From the IMG/VR virus record IMGVR_UViG_3300048895_000211, positions 1-29,981 of that record: a stretch of 29,981 nt of DNA; one strand, given 5' to 3'. Below the pieces are notes generated by a model. That model ran no database searches, was not told where the DNA came from, and was given only the letters and a program-made list of their open reading frames with translations. Source of the DNA: a virus. Taxonomy: Duplodnaviria > Caudoviricetes. Position 1 is the first letter of the stretch, and every line of letters begins with the position of its first letter. Both the position numbers and the translations under genes were made by a program. Shown here one piece after another: positions 7,428 to 15,084 of the stretch.

Positions 7428-7720
7428 GGCGCTTCCTGCTTGCCTTCCGTCAATGGCGTTTCGATCGTCACTGGCGCAAGCATTCCGTACTCCGCTACGA
7501 CTGCGCTCAGCTCGGCCTCACGCCACGGCCACCCGATGACCACTCCCGCGGTGAGTACGCCGCCAACCTGCAGGCCCGATACGAGGCTCTGCTCGACTCC
7601 GTCGCCATTCGCGCTCTTGCAGACGAGCGTGGGGACTGGATGGATAAAGCCGCTGAAGCGAGCGCAGCGGTCTTCGCTGAGTTCGAACGCCGCTTTGGTT
7701 CACCCTCGTCTCGCCTATGA
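7424..7720 (+). CDS. Hypothetical protein
   Basis: ATGA overlaps at both ends. Confidence 0.65.
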   Translation: MRRFLLAFRQWRFDRHWRKHSVLRYDCAQLGLTPRPPDDHSRGEYAANLQARYEALLDSVAIRALADERGDWMDKAAEASAAVFAEFERRFGSPSSRL

Positions 7721-7977
7721 CCGAGCAGACCACCAAACGCTGCGGCTGCGGGGAGGCGGACTGCGAACTCTTCTTCTTCGGCTACCACTACTGCTCAGCC
7801 CCCAACTGCGGCGAGCATCATCGGCCGCCCGTAGCGACTCCCGATGAGCCGTGGTGCCCGGTGGATTTCAACATGGCCTACCTGGAGGAGCTGGATCGAT
7901 TGCCGGCAGATGCGCCCGTTGATCACGACGCCGTCACCGCAAGGGTGCGCGAGCGTTTCGTAGCGGCTACTTCGTAG
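7717..7977 (+). CDS. Cys/His-rich hypothetical protein
   Basis: CGCGEADC...HYCSAPNCGEHH...C; coupled start. Confidence 0.7.
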   Translation: MTEQTTKRCGCGEADCELFFFGYHYCSAPNCGEHHRPPVATPDEPWCPVDFNMAYLEELDRLPADAPVDHDAVTARVRERFVAATS

Positions 7978-8057
7978 CAATCCCTCACTGAGCATCTGAC
8001 CCAAGCGCCCATGGCGGCGCCATTCCGCCGATGCCCGGCTTTCTCTACATGCAAACC

Positions 8058-8099
8058 GCTGAGCGCGATGCTCAGCAGGAAGGACGGGCGCGATGCCTG
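8058..8099 (+). promoter_or_regulatory. Double GCGAN-hairpin element flanking the RBS
   Basis: GCTGAGC-GCGAT-GCTCAGC AGGAAGGA CGGGC-GCGAT-GCCTG; ATG 8093 lies in the second loop. Confidence 0.8.
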
Positions 8100-8296
8100 C
8101 CACTGACTCCATTGAACTCAAGGATGTCCGCCGCCTCAATCTGAAACCCAACGACACGCTGGTCGTTCGACTTGACGATCCCTCCCAAGCGGAGATCGAA
8201 TCGATTGCTCATGGCCTCAAACGGTACTTCCCAGACAACAAGGTTCTGGTTCTGGCCCGGCTCTCCGAGATCGAAGTCGTTGAGGCGGCAGCATGA
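8093..8296 (+). CDS. Hypothetical phage protein
   Basis: AGGAAGGA RBS; VRRLNLKPNDTLVVRL; ATGA overlap with the next gene. Confidence 0.8.
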   Translation: MPATDSIELKDVRRLNLKPNDTLVVRLDDPSQAEIESIAHGLKRYFPDNKVLVLARLSEIEVVEAAA

Positions 8297-8661
8297 CCGC
8301 TTCCCGAGTTCAGACCAAAACCCCAATCACCGACCACCTCTGGGCCATCGGCTTCACCATCAAGCCCAAGGCAGACCGTCTCCCTGTAGAGATCGCGGAC
8401 GGCAACGGCAATACCTTCAAGACCAACTTCGAGATCACCGCCTACCCAGAACGAGGAGAAGCCCGCCGTCTCTTCGCAGCCAAGGGTCCATGCAGGGCAG
8501 AGGTCAAGAGCAACATCCCGCTTGGGAAGTTCGAGCGTGAGCAGCAGCTAGGCAGAACAGACCTCAAGGATCTCTACATCGAGCAGTGCGCCAAGCACCT
8601 GTTCGAGATGCTGAAGGGCGAGGCACCGACGATCAGTAAGCCAGCCGCATTGGCTGCATGA
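8293..8661 (+). CDS. Hypothetical protein
   Basis: Coupled to neighbours at both ends. Confidence 0.75.
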   Translation: MTASRVQTKTPITDHLWAIGFTIKPKADRLPVEIADGNGNTFKTNFEITAYPERGEARRLFAAKGPCRAEVKSNIPLGKFEREQQLGRTDLKDLYIEQCAKHLFEMLKGEAPTISKPAALAA

Positions 8662-8946
8662 ATGCTTCGAGCCTGCATCGACTGTGGTGCTCTTAGTGAT
8701 CGATCGCACTGCCCCAAGCACCGAGGCACTGATCGCAACGGCTCTACTCGTCAATGGCGGAAGACCCGAGCCGCAGTTCTGAAGCGAGACAACCATCGCT
8801 GCTTCTACTGCGGCAAGGGAGCAACGACCGTCGATCACCGTCGTCCCCTTTCAAGGGGCGGGAGCGATCACGAATCAAACCTCGTCGCTTGCTGCAGCGA
8901 ATGCAACGGAGCGAAGGGGGACAAGACACCGGCCGAGTTCGGCTGA
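8662..8946 (+). CDS. HNH endonuclease 2 (terminase-associated)
   Basis: CIDC..HCPKH, CFYC, TVDHRRPLSRGGSD..NLVACCSECN; immediately upstream of the terminase genes. Confidence 0.93.
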   Translation: MLRACIDCGALSDRSHCPKHRGTDRNGSTRQWRKTRAAVLKRDNHRCFYCGKGATTVDHRRPLSRGGSDHESNLVACCSECNGAKGDKTPAEFG

Positions 8947-8950
8947 CGAA

Positions 8951-8988
8951 CTGAGCGCGAGGCTCAGGAAGGACGGGGCGCGATGCCC
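8951..8988 (+). promoter_or_regulatory. Double GCGAN-hairpin element flanking the RBS (near repeat of 8059-8097)
   Basis: CTGAGC-GCGAG-GCTCAG GAAGGACG GGGC-GCGAT-GCCC; ATG 8983 lies in the second loop. Confidence 0.8.
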
Positions 8989-9069
8989 AACGCTGACCAC
9001 CCAGGGGGGGCACCCCCGGCTCGTTGTGTGACGGACACCCCGCAAAATTTCGCGCGCGCCGAGGGCTAG
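8983..9069 (+). CDS. 28-aa upstream ORF in frame with terS
   Basis: AGGAAGGA RBS; MPNADHPGGAPPARCVTDTPQNFARAEG*, then TTC and the terS ATG in the same frame. Confidence 0.45.
   Translation: MPNADHPGGAPPARCVTDTPQNFARAEG
9001..9060. other. Candidate cos / packaging-initiation region
   Basis: Lies between HNH and terS, as in HK97-like cos phages; GGGGGGGCACCCCC dyad and CGCAAAATTTCGCG. Confidence 0.4.
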
Positions 9070-9072
9070 TTC

Positions 9073-9483
9073 ATGGGACATGGGACAGACTTCGACCGCG
9101 CCAGCCCTCTCGTCATCGCGGCGGTCAAGGCTGGAGCGACCTTGGCGGAGGCCGCTCAGCGAGCCGAAATCACTGAACGCACTATCAAGCGCTGGCTCAG
9201 CAAGGGGCGCGCCGACAGCAAGTCCCCTCACGCGACCTTCGCCTTCGCGATCGACTTCATCCGCGAGTCGCGGGAAGCGTCGGCCGAGGGTGATGGCCCG
9301 GTCGATGACGAGGAGGTCCAACTCCACCTCTCCAAAGCAATTCGCAACGGCTCAGTCGCGGCGATGAAGGTGTGGACCGATGTCTACCGCAAGCAGGGTG
9401 ATGGCGACGGTGGCAAGAAACCGGCGGACCCGCTCGCAGGGCTAGACGAGTTGGCGGCCCGACGTGCCGGTGCAGGAGCTTGA
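9073..9483 (+). CDS. terS: Terminase small subunit (HTH-type), putative
   Basis: N-terminal HTH (TLAEAAQRAEITERTIKRW), C-terminal DPLAGLDELAARR, overlaps the terL start. Confidence 0.75.
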   Translation: MGHGTDFDRASPLVIAAVKAGATLAEAAQRAEITERTIKRWLSKGRADSKSPHATFAFAIDFIRESREASAEGDGPVDDEEVQLHLSKAIRNGSVAAMKVWTDVYRKQGDGDGGKKPADPLAGLDELAARRAGAGA

Positions 9484-10879
9484 TCTTTTCGCCAACTTCT
9501 GCGAGGAGGCCCTAACTCGCGAGGATGGCAAGCCGCTTCAGCTTCACGACTTCCAGCGGAAAATGCTGGACGATCTTTTCGCCGGGCGTCGCGAGACGCT
9601 CATCCTGATCTCCAAGAAGAATGGCAAGTCGACGCTGCTCGCAGCGCTTGCCCTCTTTCACCTCTGCACGACGCCGGACGCCGAGTGCGTCATTGCTGCG
9701 GCATCGAGGGATCAGGCATCAATCATGCTTCGCCAGGCCCAGGGCTTCATCCGCCGCTCGCCCTGGCTTCAAGAGCGGTGCCAGGTCAAGCAGCGCGAGA
9801 TCGCCCATAAAACGCTGGGCGGCCGAGTGCGGATCCTTGCCTCGGATGTCGATACGGCCGATGGCGTCATCCCAACGCTGGCTCTAGTCGACGAGCTCCA
9901 TCGCCACAAATCGACGGAGCTCTACGGCATCTTCCTCGACGGTCTCGGCCCTCGCGACGGGAAGATGGTCACGATCTCCACAGCCGGCGATGATGAGAAG
10001 TCGCCGCTGGGCGAACTCAGGGCCGCAGCCCACGCCCTTCCCGGACTCGTGCGAGATGGCGCCTATCGCTACGTCCGCACAGATGACTTCGTCATGCACG
10101 AGTGGGCTCTGGACCCTGACGAGGACCGCGAGGACATGGCGATCGTCAAGCTGGCAAACCCAGCGCCGTGGCACACGATCTCCGCCTTGCGGAAGCGCCG
10201 CCACTCGCCGTCAATGAAGCCGTGGCAGTGGGCGCGTTTTGCCTGCGGGGTTTGGATGGCGGGCGAGGAATCGGCGATCTCCGAGAAGGAGTGGCGAGCT
10301 TGTGCCGAGGCCGCCTGCGAGATCCCCGCGGACGCGGTGGGCGTCTATGTCGGCATCGACCTCGGCTGGAAGTGGGACACGACCGCAATCGTCCCGGTGT
10401 GGCGAGCGGATGGCTCCGACGTAGCGATTGTCGGGAAGCCAGTAATCGTGGTTCCTCCTCGAGACGGGAGCGCGACGGCATTTGAGCGGATATGGGAGCC
10501 GATTGAGGAGATCGCCTCCCGTTACTCCGAAGTGCAATTCGTGCTTGACCCGGAGGCTGGGGGCGAGCAGCTAGCGCAGCACATCGAGTCCGAACTGGGC
10601 ATCGAGCCGGCGATTCATTCCCAGAAGACGACGCCCATGCAGCTCGCGGCGCAACGTCTTTCGGAGGCGATCAGCGAGAAGCGCCTGCAGCACCCCGACG
10701 ACCCCGAGCTGAACGCCCACGTCCTTTCGGCCGCGGCAAAGCAGGAGGGCGAGCGGTGGAAGTTCGTGAAGGCCAAACGCAAGCGCGCACCGATCGATGG
10801 GGTGATTGCGCTTGCCATGGCGCACTCAACGCTCATAGCTGGCACCAAAAAGCGTAAATCGGGCATCAAGTTCTTCTAG
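9464..10879 (+). CDS. terL: Terminase large subunit
   Basis: LHDFQ, Walker A ISKKNGKST, Walker B LVDELH, ISTAG, nuclease GIDLG...D and IDGVIALAMA. Confidence 0.96.
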   Translation: MPVQELDLFANFCEEALTREDGKPLQLHDFQRKMLDDLFAGRRETLILISKKNGKSTLLAALALFHLCTTPDAECVIAAASRDQASIMLRQAQGFIRRSPWLQERCQVKQREIAHKTLGGRVRILASDVDTADGVIPTLALVDELHRHKSTELYGIFLDGLGPRDGKMVTISTAGDDEKSPLGELRAAAHALPGLVRDGAYRYVRTDDFVMHEWALDPDEDREDMAIVKLANPAPWHTISALRKRRHSPSMKPWQWARFACGVWMAGEESAISEKEWRACAEAACEIPADAVGVYVGIDLGWKWDTTAIVPVWRADGSDVAIVGKPVIVVPPRDGSATAFERIWEPIEEIASRYSEVQFVLDPEAGGEQLAQHIESELGIEPAIHSQKTTPMQLAAQRLSEAISEKRLQHPDDPELNAHVLSAAAKQEGERWKFVKAKRKRAPIDGVIALAMAHSTLIAGTKKRKSGIKFF

Positions 10880-10895
10880 CGATGGGAGCCGTTCC

Positions 10896-12341
10896 TTGTC
10901 AGCGAAAACGCCTGCGGCATGGCTCACCTACCTGGAGAAGAAGCTGGCAGCCCAACAGCGTGAAATTGAGATCTACGAGCGCTACTACAACGGGGAACAT
11001 CGGCTTGCCTTCGCCACCCTGAAGTTCCGCCAGTCCTTCGGGTACCTGTTCCGAGCTCTTGCTGATAACTGGTGCGAGATCGTGGTCGACGCGCCGGTTG
11101 AGCGGCTATTCGTTGAGGGTTTCCGGTTTGGCAAGGACAAACCCGCCGACACCAATGCCTGGGACATATGGCAGGCAAACGGTCTGGATTCCGAGTCCGT
11201 TATGGCCCACACAGAGGCTGTAAAAGACGGGCGCGCCTACATCCTGATCGGACCGGATGAATTCGAAACGGGTTTTCCGCAGATCACCGTCGAGCATGCC
11301 TCACAAGTCGTAGTGGAGCACGCCCCCGGCAATCGCCGCATACGCCTGGCGGCGCTTAAGAAGTGGCGCGATGACGATGCCTACGAATACGCGACCCTCT
11401 ACCTCCCAGATCGCATCTGGAAGTGGGAAACGAAGGAGCCGAGTAAGTATCCACCGAGTGACGGAATAGGCAAAAACTGGGTTCCTCGAGCCGGCGAAGA
11501 GTCTGGTCGCAACCCAACCGCGCCCAGCGTGCCAATGATTCCGCTCTACAACAACCCGACGATGCTCGGGGATGGACGCTCGGACCTCATGCCGGCGATC
11601 CCTTTGCAGGACGCGATCAACAAGGAGCTCGCGGACATGCTGGTCGCTTCGGAGTTCGCGGCGTTCCAGCAGCGAGTCATCACGGGCCTTGAAGTCGAGA
11701 GCGATAAAGACCCGGCAACGGGCGAAAACATCCCGGATCGCTCAATGGAACAAAAGGCTGCGGTCAACCGGATCTGGGCCCTTGAGAACGCAGATGCCAA
11801 AGTCTTCAGCCTGCCGGCATCCGATCTCGGCAACTACACGAAGGCGATCGAACTCCTCCTGCAGCACCTCGCCGCCCAGACTCGCACTCCGCCGCACTAC
11901 CTACTCGGGCAGATGGTCAACGTCTCTGGCGACGCCCTGAAGGCGGCCGAGACCGGACTTGTTGCCAAGGTCAAGCGCAAGCAGATCGACTTCTCGGATA
12001 GCTGGGAGGAGGCGATTCGCTTGGCGCTAAGGCTCAAGGGTGGCCGGCAGCCGGAGAAGCCGATGAACGCCGAGACCATTTGGCGGGATCCTGAGTATCG
12101 CTCCGAGGGCGAGCAGGTGGATGCTGCGTTGAAGCTGCGCGCCTTGGCCGTGCCGCTTGAGGCGCTGTGGGAGCGCATCGGCGCCTCGCCCCAGCAAGTC
12201 GAGGACTGGGCGAAGAAGCTCGATCTCCCAGAGCGAGAAGCGAGCGTCGATGCATCTGGCGAAGTCGCCGCCGCGCGCGCCACCGCTCCCGCAGAACCAG
12301 CCTTGCCTGCCGTCTCTGTCACAGAGCGCTCGCAGACCTGA
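10896..12341 (+). CDS. Portal protein, SPP1 Gp6-like
   Basis: YERYYNGEH, NWCEIVVDAPVERL, IWQANGLD, TRTPPHYL, NVSGDALKAAE; follows terL. Confidence 0.94.
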   Translation: MSAKTPAAWLTYLEKKLAAQQREIEIYERYYNGEHRLAFATLKFRQSFGYLFRALADNWCEIVVDAPVERLFVEGFRFGKDKPADTNAWDIWQANGLDSESVMAHTEAVKDGRAYILIGPDEFETGFPQITVEHASQVVVEHAPGNRRIRLAALKKWRDDDAYEYATLYLPDRIWKWETKEPSKYPPSDGIGKNWVPRAGEESGRNPTAPSVPMIPLYNNPTMLGDGRSDLMPAIPLQDAINKELADMLVASEFAAFQQRVITGLEVESDKDPATGENIPDRSMEQKAAVNRIWALENADAKVFSLPASDLGNYTKAIELLLQHLAAQTRTPPHYLLGQMVNVSGDALKAAETGLVAKVKRKQIDFSDSWEEAIRLALRLKGGRQPEKPMNAETIWRDPEYRSEGEQVDAALKLRALAVPLEALWERIGASPQQVEDWAKKLDLPEREASVDASGEVAAARATAPAEPALPAVSVTERSQT

Positions 12342-12358
12342 GGTAACCCCATCCAAAA

Positions 12359-12414
12359 GCCTCTCTCGCGAGGAGAGGGGCGCTAACAGGAAGGAACGAC
12401 AGTCGCGATGACTG
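12359..12414 (+). promoter_or_regulatory. Double GCGAN-hairpin element at the scaffold start
   Basis: GCCTCTCTC-GCGAG-GAGAGGGGC ... AGGAAGGA ... CAGTC-GCGAT-GACTG; ATG 12408 lies in the second loop. Confidence 0.8.
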
Positions 12415-12977
12415 AGGAGAACGCTGAGACGAAAGGCTCCGAGGAGGCCGCTGCGAAAGCTACCGCCGAGAAAGAGGCCGACGACAAAGCTGCTGCGGAA
12501 GCCGCGAAAGCCGACGCAGGAGACGAGATCGACGCCGAGCTTCTGGAAGACGCTCGCAACCCCGATGCGGTCAAAAAGGCCATCCAGACCGAGCGTGAGA
12601 ACGCGAAGGCCGCGAAGAAAGCGGCCGAGGACGCCTCCAAGGAGGCCGAGGCCCTTAGGGCCAAGGTCCAGGAGTTCGAGGACCGCGACAAGTCCGAGCA
12701 GGAGAAAGCCGAACAACGGGCGGCCGATGCTGAGGCGAAAGCCGAGAAAGCGGAGAAAAAGCTGCTCCGACTCACCGTCGCAAGCGAGAAGAAGCTGCCA
12801 GCCGAATTGGCCGATCGCCTCCAAGGCGAGACACAGGCCGAGCTAGAAGCCGACGCCAACAAGCTCTTGAAATGGGCGAAGGCGGAGGACTCCGTAAGTG
12901 TCGATGGTGGCGCTCGGAAATCCACCAAATCGCCCGAAGATATGAACGCTCGAATTCGAGCCGCCGCAGGCCGCTAA
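12408..12977 (+). CDS. Capsid scaffolding protein
   Basis: A/E/K coiled coil, DKSEQEK, LADRLQGETQAELEADA, C-terminal DMNARIRAAAGR; between portal and capsid. Confidence 0.9.
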   Translation: MTEENAETKGSEEAAAKATAEKEADDKAAAEAAKADAGDEIDAELLEDARNPDAVKKAIQTERENAKAAKKAAEDASKEAEALRAKVQEFEDRDKSEQEKAEQRAADAEAKAEKAEKKLLRLTVASEKKLPAELADRLQGETQAELEADANKLLKWAKAEDSVSVDGGARKSTKSPEDMNARIRAAAGR

Positions 12978-13015
12978 GTCTTACCGCGCCTCCGGCGCGC
13001 CTTGATTCACCTTCG

Positions 13016-13060
13016 CCCGCCGGTCGCGACGGCAGCGGGTCACCCCCTCCGCGATGGAGG
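13016..13060 (+). promoter_or_regulatory. Two GCGAN hairpins in the capsid gene leader
   Basis: CCCGCcgGTC-GCGAC-GGCaGCGGG and CCTCC-GCGAT-GGAGG, upstream of the AGGAG RBS and ATG 13098. Confidence 0.7.
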
Positions 13061-13097
13061 TCATCGAATCCATCCCGAATCACAGGAGTGACCCCAC

Positions 13098-14035
13098 ATG
13101 GCGTATGAAAACGCGATCAATCGCACCGATGCCCAGGCACTTGTGCCTGAGGAGGTATCGAATGCGATGCTCAAGAAGCTCAGCGAACAGTCGGCGGTGC
13201 TGTCCCAGTTCACGCGTGTGCCGATCTCGCGCAGTCAGGAGCGCTTCCCGGTGCTCTCTGCCCTGCCGCTCGCCTACTTCGTAACCGGTGACACCGGCCT
13301 CAAGCAGACCACCGAGGCGAGCTGGAAAAACAAGTACCTGAACGTCGAGGAGATCGCGTGCATCGTGCCGATCCCCGAGGCAGTTCTGGATGACCAGACC
13401 TACGACATCTGGGGACAGATTCAGCCCCTCATGGAGCAGGCAATCGGCCGTACGCTCGATGCTGCTGTCTTCTTTGAAGTCAACAAGCCGGAAACGTGGC
13501 CGGAAGGCATAGCCAAAGCGGCTGCGACCGCAAACGCGGCACGAACGAAGCCAAAACCGGCGGGATTGTCGGCGACTTCTCTGACGCCTTCGCTGAGGTG
13601 GAGTCGAGCGGCTATGACGTGGATTGGGTCGTAGCCCTCCGCAAATACAAGGGGTACCTACGTCAGGCACGTGCTACCACGGGCGAGTCGCTGATAGAGC
13701 CGGACGACGGCCAGGTCAATTCCAAGGAAATCTTCGGGGTGGGCGTCCAGTTCCCCATGAAGGGACTCTGGCCGACTGGTTCGGGTGCCGTTGAGGCGAT
13801 CGTGGGCGATCCCTCTGAGCAGGTTGTGGGCGTTCGTCAGGACATCACCTACAAGCTGCTGGACGAAGCGGTGATCCAGGACTCTGAGGGCAAAATCGTC
13901 TACAACCTGGCCCAGCAGGACATGGTCGCGATGCGCGTCGTTTTCCGGGCCGGTTGGGCGACCGCCAACACGATCAACTACGAACAGCAGGACGAATCGA
14001 AACGGTACCCCGCTGCCGTCATCGTCGCCCCGTAG
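13098..14035 (+). pseudogene. Major capsid protein (HK97 fold), split by a -1 frame change near 13530
   Basis: N half (ALVPEEVS...EEIACIVPIPEAVLDD...LDAAVFF) is in ORF 13098..13634. C half (RGTNEAKTGG...VGVRQDITYK...NLAQQDMVAMRVVFRAGW) is in ORF 13496..14035. Confidence 0.88.
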
Positions 14036-14041
14036 TTGTCC

Positions 14042-14079
14042 GCGAGGGGGAGGGGCTGAGTCAGGCCGCTCCCCCTCGC
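14042..14079 (+). terminator. Strong hairpin after the capsid gene (attenuator or mRNA stabiliser)
   Basis: GCGAGGGGGAG...CTCCCCCTCGC, 11 perfect bp; no U-tract. Confidence 0.6.
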
Positions 14080-14098
14080 TCGTGAAAGGAGCCTGGGC

Positions 14099-14260
14099 AT
14101 GACTGCCAGGAAGAAAGCTGAGCCAGAGACGAAGGCTGGGGTTGTCCCCGAGCCGAAGCCGTCCGCCAATTCCACCGATGACATCGGCCTAGCCGCATTG
14201 CAGGCCAAGGCCGACGCCGATGCTGCCAGGGGCTATATCGGTCCCGAGAAGGAGAACTAA
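14099..14260 (+). CDS. 53-aa hypothetical protein (not in ORF track)
   Basis: AAAGGAG RBS; MTARKKAEPETK...GYIGPEKEN*; TAA directly abuts the next ATG. Confidence 0.75.
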   Translation: MTARKKAEPETKAGVVPEPKPSANSTDDIGLAALQAKADADAARGYIGPEKEN

Positions 14261-14662
14261 ATGAGCGATCTCGCTCCACGCACTGAGAAGTTGACCGCCG
14301 ATATCGACGCGACTGCCAAAGGTTCTGACGCCGAGGTTTCTGTTGGTGCCGTGCCTTTTGCGGGGTCGGTAACCAGCGTTACCTACACGGCCGTCTCGAA
14401 AATCACAGGGGCGAACACCAATAGCCGAACCCTGAAGCTCATCAACGTCGGCGCGTCCGGTGAAGGCACCACGGTCGTCGCCGAACTGGCGCTGGTCTCT
14501 GGTGTCAATGCGTTGTCTCTCGACGAGACCGCGCTGACGCTTGGGGAAGCTAAAAAAGTTGCCGTTGCCGCTGGAGATGTCTTGGCGTTCAAGTCCGAAC
14601 ACGTCGGTGAAGGCTTGGCCGACGTTGGCGGTGAGATCACGGTTAAGGTCGCCCGCGCCTGA
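14261..14662 (+). CDS. Beta-rich virion protein, possible head decoration protein
   Basis: AAGGAG RBS; A/V/T/G-rich beta pattern (PFAGSVTSVTY...VAAGDVL); just after the capsid gene. Confidence 0.7.
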   Translation: MSDLAPRTEKLTADIDATAKGSDAEVSVGAVPFAGSVTSVTYTAVSKITGANTNSRTLKLINVGASGEGTTVVAELALVSGVNALSLDETALTLGEAKKVAVAAGDVLAFKSEHVGEGLADVGGEITVKVARA

Positions 14663-14919
14663 TGACCGAAGAGGAACGGGCGGAGCTGCATCGGTCCCAG
14701 ACCGTTGCACGGCGCCAGGCAAGGGCAGCGCGCTACATCGGGCTCGCGGGAGACCGTGATGCTCGGGTTGCGCTGGATCTCGCCTGGCGACCGTCCCTCC
14801 TCGCAGCCCTCGAGGCCCAGGGAATGGGGGACTGCGGTGAATTCCTGGAGGAGATGTACGTGGAAGTGCCTCCGAAAGACGTGTACCTGACCGAGATCCC
14901 CGACGGATTGTTGATCTGA
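14662..14919 (+). CDS. Hypothetical protein
   Basis: TGATG overlap with the upstream gene. Confidence 0.65.
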   Translation: MTEEERAELHRSQTVARRQARAARYIGLAGDRDARVALDLAWRPSLLAALEAQGMGDCGEFLEEMYVEVPPKDVYLTEIPDGLLI

Positions 14920-14922
14920 GCG

Positions 14923-15084
14923 ATGAGCACTTCGTTCCCAGTTCCGGCCGCACCGTACACCCCGCGAGTGATTGCTGAGGGGGAGAGGCTTTTTGTGCCG
15001 GCCGGCACGCAGATGCTCTTTGCCGACGAGCTGATTATCGAAGGAGAAGCCGTGATAGAGGGTGACCTAGTGGAGGTGGACTGA
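14923..15084 (+). CDS. 53-aa hypothetical protein (not in ORF track)
   Basis: MSTSFPVPAAPYTPRVIAEGERLFVPAGTQMLFADELIIEGEAVIEGDLVEVD*; TGATG overlap with the fibre gene. Confidence 0.7.
   Translation: MSTSFPVPAAPYTPRVIAEGERLFVPAGTQMLFADELIIEGEAVIEGDLVEVD

Noticed and set aside
13510-13560. Programmed -1 frameshift as the explanation for the split capsid gene
   Set aside because: No slippery heptamer or clear stimulator, and a mid-fold shift would make most product non-functional. A deletion or sequencing error is more plausible.
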